Shown here in pieces: positions 25,366-38,364 of a DNA stretch of 64,000 bases. Positions within the stretch are counted from its first letter, which is position 1, and the number at the start of each line of letters is the position of its first letter. The position numbers and the translations under genes are program-made. Below the pieces are notes generated by a model. It was not told the origin of the DNA. It worked only from the letters and a program-made list of their open reading frames with translations, and ran no database searches. Source of the stretch: Carcharhinus amblyrhynchos (Eukaryota); contig OZ336890.1 in the NCBI GenBank assembly GCA_965287045.1, positions 45,632,001 through 45,696,000 of the forward strand. Reading direction: 5' to 3'.

Positions 25366-27009
25366 AGTTGAAGAACATTGGAGAGGAAGTAGGATTTGGA
25401 GATGGGGCAGTAATCTACAAGGTCAGAACAGGTGATTTTACTTTTGAAGTTGGGATAATGACTTGAACGTTGAAAGGGAGAGTGAAATTATCCCTGGAGA
25501 GTTACTTGCAGAGGAGACAGGAAAGCAGGTGTGGTGGTCAGCAAAGCTCTTTACTTCTATTGAGAGAAGCACTGGGTCTTTATTACTACCTTCCAAATGA
25601 CATCCCAAAGTGGTGGTAATCAGGATAGAAAAAAAGAGAAAATCCCCTGAAGACCCAGGGCCAATAATGTGTCATTTAATTCACTCATAGTCGGGAACTC
25701 ACAACAGGGGAACATAATCGTTCAGTTAGAAATAAATCAGTTGAAAGTAAATTATTAAACCTTCCCTCAGGGGTTGTCAAATGCATCGTTTCAGAGGCTG
25801 ATGGATGCAAAATTGATAAATGTTTTGAAATTCTCTTCATTATTTTAGGCGCCTCAGCCACTCTTTTCCTTAATTTCCTAATCCACGCCCTCGTCCAAGA
25901 TATTAATCTTGGAAATTGCCATTGAATTTAAAGATAAACTATATTCTTAAAGTGAGATGGCCAAAACGGAACATCGTGCACTAATTGTGATCTGACCAGC
26001 ACACTCTATGAATGAATTAGTGCTATAGTTGCATTTAACTCTTTGGGCAAACCCCACCGCCCTTCATTTTCACTGTGAGCTTACACAATAGTTTCTCATG
26101 ACTATTTTACCCCAGTCCATAAATTCACTCTCAAGTGTTTTCCCATTTATATTGTGATCCCATCTGCAATCCATACTTTCAAAGTTTACACTAACTGTAG
26201 GACTGGCAGATGGGAATATGTTGAGCTACATCTGCTATCATTCTACCCACACAGTTATGTCCTTATGTTCCACTATTATCATACCTAAATCTGCCCTTTC
26301 TTGATGCATATAAAAATATTTTCTATTTAGCATGATACCATCTGCAAGTGAGTTTTGTTACATCCTGGTTTTGGCACATGGTAATGTCTTCTTTTGTTGC
26401 ATTCTTTAATTCTCACTCTTTCCATTCTTGCCATTATTATTTGCCTTGAGATAAGCTTTCTTATCTTGTTTAATATTGGTTCTGATGACTCACATGCAAC
26501 ACAGTCGTTCTCGCTGGGATTAAAATTCTTTCACTTGTAATCCACCTGCTGACTAACAATTTCTCCCACTTGCTGGTGCTCGGAGGCCTCAGAGTGGATG
26601 GAGATTGAGCTCCTCATGAGAAAGGTTTGTAGGGATGGCAGGGAGATTTGCTAGATCACAGGGGATCTTCAAACAGGCAAACTGGATCCAGTAGGTAGGT
26701 GCAGAGGTAAACCATCTCCTCGATCCCCAAGTGCTCGCTTTGATGTTGCTGCCAGGTTTTCTGAGCGCAGAAACCCAGCCTACCAGAGTTAATGCTGAAA
26801 ATTATATTTAAATTACCAACTCACCTCCTTGGGGCAGGTTGGTCACCTGCCTATCATTTCACCTCAGTTAAAGCCAGAAGTAGGCAAATTGGAGGCAGGC
26901 TTGGATTGGAAACCTGATTTTTAAGACTTTAACCCCTTACCCAACCCAAACCCACTTCATCTTGGTTAAAATTCCACTCATAATGACTTCTGATAGAAAT
27001 TCAGTAAAA

Positions 27010-27350
27010 TAACTGGAGCGCAGTGCTGAGGGAGTGAGTGCTGCACAATGAGATGTGCTGTTTTATGGGTAAATCTTTAAATTGAGGATCTATCTACTCC
27101 CTTCAGTGGATGTAAACGATCCCACGGCACTATCCAAAGAAGACCAAGGACATTCTCCTGGCTAATATTTATCGCCCAATCTAAAACAGCTTGTCTGGCT
27201 ATTTCTTTGGTTGCTGTTTGTGGGATCTTGCCATGCAGTAACTGCCTGCCACATTTCCCTAGATTAAAACAGTGACTACACTTCACAAGTAGCCCTTTAG
27301 CTGGGCATCCTGAAACATGAAAAATATTTTATCAATGAAAATTTAACCTT
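27010..27350 (+). mobile_element. SacSINE1/Deu-SINE-like SINE
   Basis: gtgctgagggagtg..gatcccacggcactat..tgtttgtgggatcttg..agtgactacacttca. Confidence 0.8.
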
Positions 27351-27527
27351 TCTTCTGCCCTTTGGCCATTTGACTTCCCAGTGGCTTCTTAAAATGGAAG
27401 ATGATGAAGACATTAACAATGAGCAAAGCACTGAAACTCCAGAACTAAAAGGGGGCATTATTAAGCAGATCTTCAAATATGAACTGACCTAAAGGCCCCA
27501 TTGGATTGAATCCCACACAATATATAG

Positions 27528-27894
27528 TAAGGTTGCCAACTGTGATTAAATCTATTCCTGGAGGTTTCACTACATGACTTGTTCCCACACTTCAGCCATT
27601 AGTCGGTCAACACATCCATCTTTTGTGACTCTCTGCCTCTCTTACACCAATTGGAAAGCAAAAAGACTCATTACCCATTTGGATGATGTCTGACTATCAG
27701 CCAAAGAACCCCCTCCCACTCCCCACCATTTAAAATATTTATCTGGTAAAGAGATATGTTTGAAGAAAATTTTAAATAATTCCTCTTTCATACACCTATA
27801 ATTTCTTTTCTCCAGGGTCGCACACAGCAGTGTCCTGGAGATCGATCTTCAATTCCTCAAGACTCCAGGCCATCCTAGCACGTTGGCAACCCTT
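27528..27894. mobile_element. hAT-like MITE, complete
   Basis: TIRs taaggttgccaac / gttggcaaccctt; inverse orientation relative to the copy at 22597. Confidence 0.7.
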
Positions 27895-28188
27895 AGACAT
27901 AGGCAGGTTGATTTGTTGATTGACACATGGCTAACAGAATTAGCCTGGTTTGAATAAAACATAACAAATAAATCCTCTTATTAATATCTGACGTAAAGAT
28001 GCTATTAGGTTGAGGAATAAATTAAATGGAGTCTCCTCTTGATCAATATTATTCTCTTCTTGATAACCTATTCATTTGTATCTCTTTAACTGTTGTACTG
28101 CGGTAATTAGAAATACTTTATAATGCAATGTACTTTCCATTAAATCTCTATGGATGAGAAATAGTCACCCTAACTTTCTGTTTCTTAC

Positions 28189-28530
28189 CAGTGGTGGTTC
28201 TAAAGAAAATGGCGAATCCACTTTAATTTGGAGTGATTCGGATGGACTCCCTGGGCTGTCACCTGCATCTCCACCTTCACTGCCTCCCCAGGTCACACCT
28301 TCCACATTCCCTTGATTGATATTTAACATTTTTAATTCAAGTTCCAGTTCTGCCTCGAGTTCTGCTTCCTCTTTCGCCTCCTTGTTGCTCTCTTCCAGGT
28401 GTTTCATCAGCACCGCGATGACTACATTCACCAGCACAAACTGAGCTGTCAGCACAAACGAGACAAAGTAGATTGGGGACACCACGGTGTTATAACAGGT
28501 GCCCTCTTGGTTACAGTCTCGCAAAGTATC
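28189..28530 (-). CDS. CACNA1G: Cav3.1 exon 33-equivalent (IVS6 and proximal C-terminus)
   Basis: ggcag|GATACTTTG...CCACTG|gtaaga; 342 nt, phase 0-0; [65 protein letters not shown]...FSLEPPL. Confidence 0.98.
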
Positions 28531-28710
28531 CTGCCAATAAGTGGATGGGAAAAGCAGTTAAAAAAAATGAAATGAGGAACAGTGCAATAAGACAATTTGA
28601 TCACATGTTCAATAAGGGAAGGAGTTTTTCATTGAATTGAATTTTAATATGCTTCAGGCTATCCTGTCAGTAAATTGCTCCCTGATATACACTTGGCTCA
28701 ATTAAAACAT

Positions 28711-28915
28711 TGGGCAGGATCAGGATTCCGCACCCCCAGGATGTGATTTACAAAGGTGGCCCACCATTGGCTGGCGAAGGGATCTTCCGGTCCTGCTGCT
28801 GTCAACTGGTTTCCTGTCATCCGCACCCTCCACTACCAGTGAATCTGCAGCAGGGGATCATTGTCGATGGGACTAGAAGATTCAGCTAGAGGGAATGGCT
28901 GGAAAATCCTGCCCA
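28711..28915. mobile_element. Palindromic MITE
   Basis: Perfect 10-bp TIR tgggcaggat / atcctgccca. Confidence 0.7.
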
Positions 28916-29690
28916 TCTACTTCCAATTCGATGCAGAAAATGAACTTTAAAAGTTCTATGGTGCTCCAGTTTGTAGGGGTTTAAAATTTGGGGGCACACA
29001 GCCAGAATTCACCAAGGGCCTCTTTCTGCACTGTAGGGTTCTATGACTCTACGATTGAAGGGGACTCCAGAGATGTGAAAGTATAGCTATGAGGATATAT
29101 TAGGATTAATTCCACTGGAGCAGAGAAGGACAAGATGAGATTTAGTGAAGGTTATTTAAAGGATTTGAATTAAGAAAGGCTTCTGATTAGGAAGTCAGTT
29201 GAAATCAGGAATTTAAACTATTTACTAAACAAGAGGGAAGAGAGATTAGGTAATTTTCTTTGCACAACATTGTTATGAACATGGACGACATCATTTATTT
29301 TCAGAACGGTCAATGAACATTTAAAGGAAATACATGGATACGGAGGAGTGAGCGTGTCACCCCAACCCCTCACAAGGATGATATGGGAGAGAGAACAGGC
29401 CCATGAGTTTTGGATTACTCTAACCTCCTGTCTTGCAACATTTTTCACGAGAAAATTAATCTTGGGCAGTATTGCAGAATGGATTGGTGCTTGTTATAAA
29501 CAATATCGCCCGTTTGGTGTTGTTCCCAAGACACCCACCCTGACAGTTTTAGACATATTTGTAACATCTCTGTGGAATTTCCAACTTGGGTGAGGGGCGG
29601 TTGAGTGGATTGATTATCTACAGTTAACCTGCTCAAAGTTTGACAAATTAGACACATAAAAGAGCAGAGACTAAAGTGTCCAAAATATGT

Positions 29691-29900
29691 TGGGCAGGAT
29701 TTTCCGGCCCTTTCAGCTGGCACGATCTTTCCGTCCCGCAGAAGGTGACACCCTGTGACGTCTTCCCTGGTGATGGGATGGGCAAGCCATGCAAAACACT
29801 GTAGATATTGGCGGGACTGGAAAATCCCATCGGTAGCAATGACAAGTTGCCTCTGCCACCGGAAAATGCACAGCAGGAGGAGCCAAAAAAATCCCAGTCA
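29691..29900. mobile_element. Palindromic MITE (same family as 28711, opposite orientation)
   Basis: tgggcaggattttccggcc start; aaaatcccagtc end. Confidence 0.6.
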
Positions 29901-30271
29901 ATAATATGCCAGAGGTATAAGACAAATCATGAGAGGTGCTTGATAGTTATTAGCCAGAAGTTAAGAAAAAGACCATTAAAAGGGCAGAAAGAAAAGCAAC
30001 TGCAGACAATCCATGTCTTTAAGAGCTGCTGATCTCCAATATTTTCCAGTTCTGGTGAAAGATTATCAACCTGAAACACTCACTCTAGTCATTACTTTTT
30101 CCACAGTTGCTGCCTAATCTGCTGAGTGTTCCCAATATTTTCACCAAAACAGACGATTTGGATATTTGTCTCCTTGTTGCTTGTGGTTCCTTGTGTATGA
30201 ATCAGCAGCTGGATTAGGTTAAAAAACAATAGGGACTTTGCTTCAAAACTAATTAATGTTAAAAGATGTGT

Positions 30272-30530
30272 CAGTTAGGTTGATTGGCCATGCTAAACTC
30301 CCCCTTAGTGTCTGCGTGGGTTTCCTCTGGATGCTCTGGTTTCCTTTCACACTCCAAAGGTGTGCATGTCAGGTGGATTGTCCATGCTAAATTGCCTCTT
30401 GTTGTCAGGGGAATTAGCAGGGTAAATACGTGGGATTATGAGGATAGGGCCTGGGTGGAATTGTGGTTGGTGCAGATTTGATGGGCTAAATGGCCTCCTT
30501 CTGCACTGTAGGGATTCTATGATTCTATAA
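30272..30530 (+). mobile_element. HE1 SINE, 5'-truncated with an internal duplication
   Basis: gattggccatgctaaa..cccttagtgt-like segment occurs twice; tail ctgcactgtagggattctatgattcta. Confidence 0.85.
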
Positions 30531-30859
30531 TAATTGTTGCAAGTATTGGGAAACATTCTGAGGACTTGAAAAGTGCCACGAGAATATTGGTTATGTTTCC
30601 TTCCTTATAGATGGAAAGAAAATAGAAAAATTGCCAGCATGTGATATTAAATTTGACTTTCACCAGAGAATGGTGTCAGATCTTATTTGCTGAATTAGAG
30701 CCTTGTGTTTTTGAGTGAAAGCTTCTGTAGTGGAGAACAAAGGTTGTCAAAAACTTGCTTTGAAATGTGTCAGGCAGCCAATATCCATTTGATACACCAG
30801 GAGAGGAAGCGTTTCCCTAGGGAAAAGTAGGGAACGTTGCAAAAGGAGAAAAAGCTCAC

Positions 30860-30981
30860 CTTCATTATCCCATTCCAGTTGTCTCCAGTTGACACTCGGA
30901 ACAAGGTGAGGAAAGCCATCCCAAAGTTCCTGAATGTGGCATGTCGCCCCAACCCCTCACAAGGATGATAGTCATCACATT
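30860..30981 (-). CDS. CACNA1G: Cav3.1 exon 32-equivalent (domain IV pore loop)
   Basis: tgtag|AATGTGAT...ATGAAG|gtgagc; 122 nt; [41 protein letters not shown], containing the Asp of the T-type EEDD selectivity filter (TGDNW). Confidence 0.98.
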
Positions 30982-32051
30982 CTACATTTAAAATATTAAA
31001 ACAAAAACATACATTTAAACAAAAATACCCCAAGTACATCGGGGACAAATATGAGTTACATGGTAACTGTGTGAGGAATATTTCTGAAGGACCTTCCTTT
31101 TGAATTAGAACCTCAATCAATGTTAATCAAAGGAACAAGAGTAGGCTGTTCGATCCCTCAGACATGTTCCACCATCCAATTAAATCATGGCTGATCTGTA
31201 TCTTAACTCTATTTACCCATTTTGCTCCGATATCTCATAACATCCTTGCTAACAAAAACGTACCAATTCATTTTGAAATTTTCAATCGAGTCCCAGCCAT
31301 AACCGCTATTTAAGGGAGATATTTCTAGGTTTTCATGGTCCTTTGTGCAAAGAAATGCTTCTTGACATCATCATGGAATGGTCTATCTCTACTTTTAAGG
31401 TTATGCTCTCTTTGTTATGAACCCCCTCCACTTGAGGAAATAGTTTTTCATCCTTTAATCACCTGGAACACTTTATTGAGTCATCTTTTATACTCAATAT
31501 ACTCAATGAGTATATGGCCTGGATTTTATCATCATCAGCAAAGCAATTGGGTTCTCCCCTCTGACCTCAAAGATCTAGTGATCCTGGTGTTGTGATATTC
31601 CCCTAATTCGACAGCAGTTTAAATCTGGTGTCAAGTCAAGCAGCTATCATAGCTTATAGCAACAGTGACGGCAGCGAGATAGTAGGGAACCAAACACATT
31701 GAAGTATTTACAGATGGCAAACCAGGAAGTTAAAAGCACTTAATATCCTTCACTTTTAATTAGATTTTCAGATAGTGAACTAATGATTATGATTGGATTA
31801 ATATAGATGGTAAAATGATGGTAAACAAACCTCAAAAAGATTTTTTTTCATCATATGTGGAGAAATTTTACATTTCACAAATATAAAATAAGACTTTTAG
31901 GATCACTGAAGGTGTTTAGCAGTAATTGTAAAGTTAGTTCAGTTTTAAAATCAGTTACACTTTATTCACCAACTTTTCCAAGGAATTTTACGGTGAGGCT
32001 AATAGCACGAGTGTGAAAGTTTTGGTCAATTCAATTGATTTCTATGAAATG

Positions 32052-32244
32052 CTGCCTGGGATGGTGGTGAGGGCTGTCTGGGATGATGGTGACGGGTGCC
32101 TAGGATGGTGGTGAGGGCTGTCTGGGATGGTGGTGAGGGGTGCCTGGGAAAATGGTGAGGGGTGTCTGGGATGGTGATGAGATGTGTTAGGGTGGTGGTG
32201 AGGGTGTCTGGGATATTGGTGAGGGTACCTGGGATGATGGTGAC
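32052..32244 (+). repeat. G-rich minisatellite, about 9 units of ~22 bp (TGYCTGGGATGGTGGTGAGGGN)
   Basis: Tandem units are directly visible; explains the spurious His/Pro-rich ORFs 32026-32283 and 32042-32350. Confidence 0.92.
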
Positions 32245-32245
32245 A

Positions 32246-32905
32246 ACATAAGAACATAAGAAATAGGAGCAGGAATAGGCCACCTAGCCCCGCGAGCCTG
32301 CCCCACCATTCAATAAGATCATGGCTGATCTGATAGTGGTTCAATTCCACTTACCCGCCTGCTCCCCATAACCATTAATTCCCTTATTGAACAAAAATCT
32401 AACTGTTACTTAAACACATTTAATGAGGTTGCCTCCACTGCTTCAATGGGCAGAGAATTCCAAAGATTCACAACCCTCTGGGAGAAGAAGTTCCTCCTCA
32501 ACTCTGTTCTAAATTGACTCCCCCTTATTTTGAGGCTGTGTCCTCTAGTTCTTGTTTCCTTTCTAAGTAGAAAGAATCTCTCTGCTTCTACCCTGCCTAG
32601 CCCCTTCATTATCTTATATGTCTCTATAAGATCTCCCCTCAGCCTTCTAAACTCCAATGAGTACAGGCCCAGTCTACTCAATCTCTTCTCATAAGCTAAC
32701 CCCCTCATCTCCGGTATCAACCTGCTGAACCTTCTCTGCACTCCCTCCAAAGCCAATATATCCTTTCACAAATAAGGGGACCAAAATTGCACACAGTACT
32801 CTAGTTGCGGTCTCACCAGATCTTGTACAATTGCAGTAAGACCTCCCTGCTTTTATAATCCATCCTTCTCGCAATAAAGGCTAACATTTCATTTGCCTTC
32901 TTGAT
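32246..32905 (-). mobile_element. CR1 LINE 3' fragment, fairly young
   Basis: ALEGVQRRFSRLIPEMRGL...FFSQRVVNLWNSLP; tail acataagaacataagaa on the + strand. Confidence 0.95.
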
Positions 32906-32978
32906 CTACAGATGGGCATTAATTAGTACAAAAGAATATTAGTTCAAGGTAAATATATTTGTGTTTGCAATATCTTAC

Positions 32979-33057
32979 CCAAGTCCCCAAAAAGTTCAAC
33001 TCCAAGGGCTGCAAATATGAAAAACAGCAGCATGAACAACAGTCCGAGATTCCCGAC
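32979..33057 (-). CDS. CACNA1G: Cav3.1 exon 31-equivalent (IVS5)
   Basis: ggcag|GTCGGGAAT...GACTTGG|gtaaga; 79 nt; [26 protein letters not shown]. Confidence 0.97.
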
Positions 33058-33659
33058 CTGCCGGAGAGATAAAGACCATGAAGGATTTTTCTATTGGCGA
33101 AAATGCAGAACTCACACATTGGGTAGCTTAAAATAGCTGTCTCATCCTCTGTCTTCTGATCATTAACCTCGGATCATTCAAATGCAAGTACATTTTTTAG
33201 TTTGATTGATGCTGGAAGCTTCTCCTCTGAATAACTTTCAACTGGCATCTCAGAGAAATTTCCAGAATCAATTATGGTAGTTACGCTTTAATTATGGAGG
33301 GTTCAAATTGAAATTGTGGACTAGAAATTTCTGATTGGAATATCAGCATTAGCTTATTACAAACTCTTTATTGTGACCTTATGTTTTCACTTCAAAGGTG
33401 GCATTAACCTGTTTAAAACAGCAGAAGATGGTCACATGAATAGTTAATAGTTCAGAGGCAAACATCACAAATGGTAATCTGTAAGTTCATATTTATTACA
33501 GCATGAAATAAATATTTCATTTAGCTGTCAAACAATGAGAGGATTAATAAACAGGCACATCAAATATTTTTGCAGTAACACAAACTCGATTGCTTGATAG
33601 CTTCATCAGGGTTGAGGTTATGGAGAAAGGAGACAGATGAAATGTTTTTGAGATACAAT

Positions 33660-33935
33660 GTTAGAACCAGTCTTGTCTGCTCTCTGAGATAAATGTAAAA
33701 TATTACATGGCACTATTCACCCTGGTGCACTGGCCAACATTCATCTCCCAATCAACATCACAAAAGCAGATTATCTGCTCACAGTGCCATTTATGGAAGC
33801 TTGATATGCTTCAACTGGCTGTTATGTCACCTACATTATAACAGTGACCATACTTCAAAAAGTAATTCAGGAGCTGTGAGGTGCTTCAGGACATTGAAGT
33901 TGGGAAAGGCGCTATATAAATGAAAGTTATTTCCT
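33660..33935 (+). mobile_element. SacSINE1/Deu-SINE-like SINE, partial
   Basis: atggcactatt..cctggtgcactggccaacat..aaaggcgctatataaatg. Confidence 0.75.
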
Positions 33936-35954
33936 CCCTTGTTCACAACTAAGAGACACAAACGAGTGTCATGCAGAATGCCATTGAGACAGGAAACTGG
34001 AGGAGTTCAGATGTCAAGGACTACTGTCTAGGTGGAGTTAAGCCAGTGGTTTAAAAACCAATATATTGTAATCCTGGGCAGAATTTTATGTAAGCAATGG
34101 GGGCAGAGCAAATGTCCATTTCTGAATGAATCTGAGTGACAGCAGACCAATTAGCACAACGAATCACTTGAGGGAAAGGGACATGCGGAATCAGATGTTA
34201 AAGCTATGAAATTGCTTCTGACTTCTCAGTTTCATGCAGCTCTTTGCAAATGAGGTTATTTTATTGACGTAATTCCCATTGACTTGTGCTCCATTCATGG
34301 CCACAAGCCAAAATGCAAATCTCATACCTTTCAATGCTTCTATTTTTTTTTAAACTGGAGAACATTTGAAAAAAAACATCTAATTATAGGATGATTACAC
34401 GACTCTTCTGAAAGCACTGCAAATTTTCAGACTGTCATTTTCATGAACTCCCAGACCTGTGAAACTAGATTGATTGAGTACTGTTCTTTCATGCCTAGCA
34501 CTTGGACCCAGCCAGAGAGGGCTGGCGGAGGTGTCACATTCCATTAGGGAACTTTCAGGAACTGAGTTTCAATTTGACCCTCCAACAGAATTAAAGTTGG
34601 TGTCTCTCCCCTGACTATTGAAAGCCGAAAGCAAAATGAGTTGAGGCCTCAATCTGTCTTGTGGCGTCTGTGACTCCTGCACTGATGTGACAGTCGAGCA
34701 AGTGTTAGGATGGCTGGTGTGAGAAAAGGAATCACTCATGCTGTGACCATTAACTTTCTCTTCTGGGGAATTCAGATCCCCTGCTACAACTATCAGCCCA
34801 GAGAGAGCGCAGAATTGCAGCACAAACCTGTGACAGCAGGCGCAGCAATAATCCAAAGAATAATTTGCAAAATGTGCAGGTCTTGGCAAAGGGAGAAGGG
34901 GTGAGACTTTCAAGGCAGACCTGAAACAGGTGTCCTGACTCTGTGCACTCCACCCGTTTTGGCCTCAGCGTGCCTGTATTGAATGAGTGTTGAGAGTTTG
35001 GTCCCCCATAGCCCCTCATGTCCTCCATGCCAACCTTTACCCCTCTGCCCAGCCCACATGGTGCCTAGATAGGGTGAAATAGATAGTGTATTTCTTAAAA
35101 AAAACACTCCAGACATCTTTTTCAAAGCTTTAAAGGGCAGGCATTTTAAACACCTTGACATCTTGATGGACACTTTTGACAACTGCTTTTGATAGTTCCT
35201 TTTGAGATTTTTCACAGCTCCAATAAGCTTGACAGCTAATGCATTTATGCACCTTTTGTATACATTCTTGTCTACTTTTAACAATCCTAAAGGGTACCTT
35301 ACCTCTTCCAAATGGCACTTGACCTCTTCCAATGGGCACCTGACTTCCCCCAAGGAATATGGGACCAGGTTCAAAGGAATATCCTATTTTTCCATAAGGA
35401 TACCTCACCTGTCCAAAGGACTCCACAAAGTTCAAGCCTACTCCGACTAGGTCATATCTGTGCACCTCATGTTTCACTCACTTGGGTCACCAAGTGCGGC
35501 ATTAGTGGAGGCAACTGCTGATTTATGTGAGCAGCTGCCTCTGCAAAATGCACATGTGCAAATCCCGGCATGGCTCCATCCCCTCCCCTGCAAAAATGGC
35601 ATTAGGGGCAGGACTTGCAATTTTTGGCCAATGTCACATTTTCACTACACTGGAGCATTGCAGTCTTGCAATACTCTGTCATTGCACAAGTTCAGGCATC
35701 AGTTTTAAGCATCATTGTTGAGCTTCAAAGTGATGAGGAAATGGCCTGGGACGTAGTGCTGTACTGATATGACAGCTCCCATGAAGACCTTAGTTTCCCT
35801 TGGGATTGTTACAATGCTGTGGTGTTGTATTCAACAGCTTCTCACACCAGGACATAATATAAGACAAGCAATGGATACAAGCGTAGTGAGCTACCAGAGC
35901 TATAAAACAGATTTGCCATCCTATGATATTGTGAATTTACAGCAATGCGCTTAC

Positions 35955-36025
35955 CTGTGGTAGAGCCTGGATTACGGTGTTCAGTAAGGCTCTCATCCCC
36001 ACTGCCATCTTCAAGAGCTTCAGAA
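35955..36025 (-). CDS. CACNA1G: Cav3.1 exon 30-equivalent (end of IVS4, S4-S5 linker)
   Basis: cccaaaag|TTCTGAAG...CCACAG|gtaagc; 71 nt; (V)LKLLKMAVGMRALLNTVIQALPQ. Confidence 0.96.
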
Positions 36026-36334
36026 CTTTTGGGAACATAAGTAAAGGTTATAAATGCTGCAGATCTGATAATGTCACAGATGTTTCCCAATCACTTGTCC
36101 TTGTGTTGCTAAGTAACACAATTCATCGCCTAACAATGTTCTGTTTTAAATAATTCAGTTAATAAATCTTATTTGAATGAAATGCTAAAATTCCCTTATA
36201 AAGTTAATGATATCCTTCTGCCAATCAAGACAAAACAGTTGCTCCTCAAACCCATCTGGTGCTGACCTGATAAGGAACTCTGCTCCCACCTGATTTTTAC
36301 CCAGTGTTTACTGTTGTTCAAAATTAACAGGCAG

Positions 36335-36995
36335 AACTAGGACGAGTACAGAAAGTCCAGAGGGGAAGCGATAAAGGAAATAAAGAGGCAAAGAACACGC
36401 ATGAGAAGAGACTGGCAGCCAATGTAAAAGTGAACCCAAAAATCTTCTAGGAACACTCTAATAATAAGCAGATAGTAAGAGGAGGGGTGGCCAGTAAGCC
36501 TCAAAATAAGGGAGAGCAGATTTAGGACTGAGTTGAGGAGGAACTTCTTCATCCAAAGGGTTGTGAATCTGTGGAATTCTCTCCCCAGTGAAGCAGTTGA
36601 AGCTACTTCATTCAACGTTTTTAAGGCAAGGATAGATACATTTTTGAATATAAAAGAATTAAGGGTTATGGTGAGCAGTGGGTAAGTGGAGCTGAGTCCA
36701 CAAAAAGATCAGCCATGATCTTATTGATTGGTGGAGCAGGCTTGAAGGGCCAAATGGCCTACTCCTGCTCCTAGTCCTTATGTTCAATTAGGGACGAAGA
36801 AGGGGATCTGCACATGATGACAAAGGGCATTGTTGGGGTACAAAATGGGTATTTTGCATCTGTCTTTATTAAGGAAGAAGATGCTGCTAAGCTTATAGTG
36901 AAAGAGGAGGTAGTTGAAATACTGGATGGTCTAAACATATATAAAGAGGAGGTATTCGAAAGTATGAGTTGCCAGGGCTGACTGGAATGCATCCA
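36335..36995 (+). mobile_element. Older CR1 ORF2 fragment interrupted by a CR1 3' end (about 36495-36786)
   Basis: Pre-RT sequence ...ggaggggtggcca resumes as caattagggacgaagaaggggatctg after an inserted FRTELRRNFFIQRVVNLWNSLP segment and tail. Confidence 0.8.
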
Positions 36996-38230
36996 AAGAG
37001 GCATCCATACAGACCCCAGAGATAAGAAGGTTTTTCCTTCTGTTGCCCATTCACTTTTGTCAGAATAATGATTTCTCCTTCAAAGCTTAAATCTAGATAG
37101 CACAAGGAATGGTGGGAGGTGGTGGTGGTGGGAGGGGGTAGGGGAAGGTGGGGGTGGGTTGATTTTGAGCTGTGACAAGTGTTCCAGAGTGTTTCCTTTC
37201 TTTTTTAGAATCACAGAGATATTTTGACCAGGTACTGTCGGTGGAGAGAAGGCTGCCGAGCAGATGATGGTCGCTGATTCTTCTAACTCTAACCTCTAAG
37301 CATGATTCCTGCATTGACAGTGGGACTGATGGGAATCTTGGTAACCCCACTGTCTCCACCGATCATACATCAGTGGTGTACCTGCAGTACAACAGATCCA
37401 AATGGCTGTAGATTGAGAGAGCGATGATTACTGTTTGGAGAGTGGATAACCAGCGCATGATCAATAATTGATTCATATTTTTTGCCCGGTATCTCTTAGG
37501 TCACAGGGGCTTCAAAATACTGCTGAGCCTAGAGGAGGGATTCTCAACAGAGCCAAGCCAGGTGGCCAAGAGTTAAGGGACTCTAGCCCTGGAATTTAGA
37601 AGAGTAAGGGTGGCGAGAAAGGAGTAGAGCAAGGTCCCATCCTGCAATACAATTCCTGGGGGATAGGACTGAATAGGTGGACCATAATTTGTAGTAATAA
37701 TATCTGGTGGGCCTATAGGGTATTGTGATATAGTTCGAACTGAATAACTCAAAAGGCTCTGGTATCATGATGAAGTAACCAACGCTGGCAGAGAGAGTGT
37801 CACTGGACTATTGGATCAAGTGGGGCATCATTGTATTGCCTGACCCTGATCTCAGATCATACAACATAAAAGGAGACCATTTGGCCCATCATGTTTAGGC
37901 TGGTTCTATGAAAGAGCCATCCAATTAGTTCCACACCCTATTTCCTTGGAGCCTTGCAATTTGTGTTCCTTCATGTATTCGCCCAATTCCCTTTTAAAAG
38001 TTACTATTGGATCTGCCTCCACCATCCTTTTGGCAGAGCTTTCCAGATTCCAACAACTCAAAGCGTAAAAATAAAATCCTCACTTCCTTACTGGTTCTCA
38101 GTTCACCTAATGTCAAAAAATATACATACAATCTATCAGCTAGGAGTAACTCCATGAAGAGATGTGAATTCTTAGTTTTAAGAGGAGTTTACACAAACTA
38201 CAGCGAATAATAAGGTCCAGCTTTACTCAC

Positions 38231-38364
38231 CTCTAGCAATCCGGAGGACTCTCATAATTCTAATGATTGTGGGGTTGATTGGCAAGGAAGCGTTCACCTC
38301 AATCTCCTCAAGGGTGATCCCCATAATGGACAGCAGTACAATAGCTAGATCCAACTGGTTCCAT
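38231..38364 (-). CDS. CACNA1G: Cav3.1 exon 29-equivalent (IVS3 and S4 voltage sensor)
   Basis: cttcag|ATGGAAC...GCTAGAG|gtgagt; 134 nt; [44 protein letters not shown]. Confidence 0.97.

Noticed and set aside
32042-32350. His/Pro-rich ORF
   Set aside because: Product of the minisatellite plus the CR1 3' UTR
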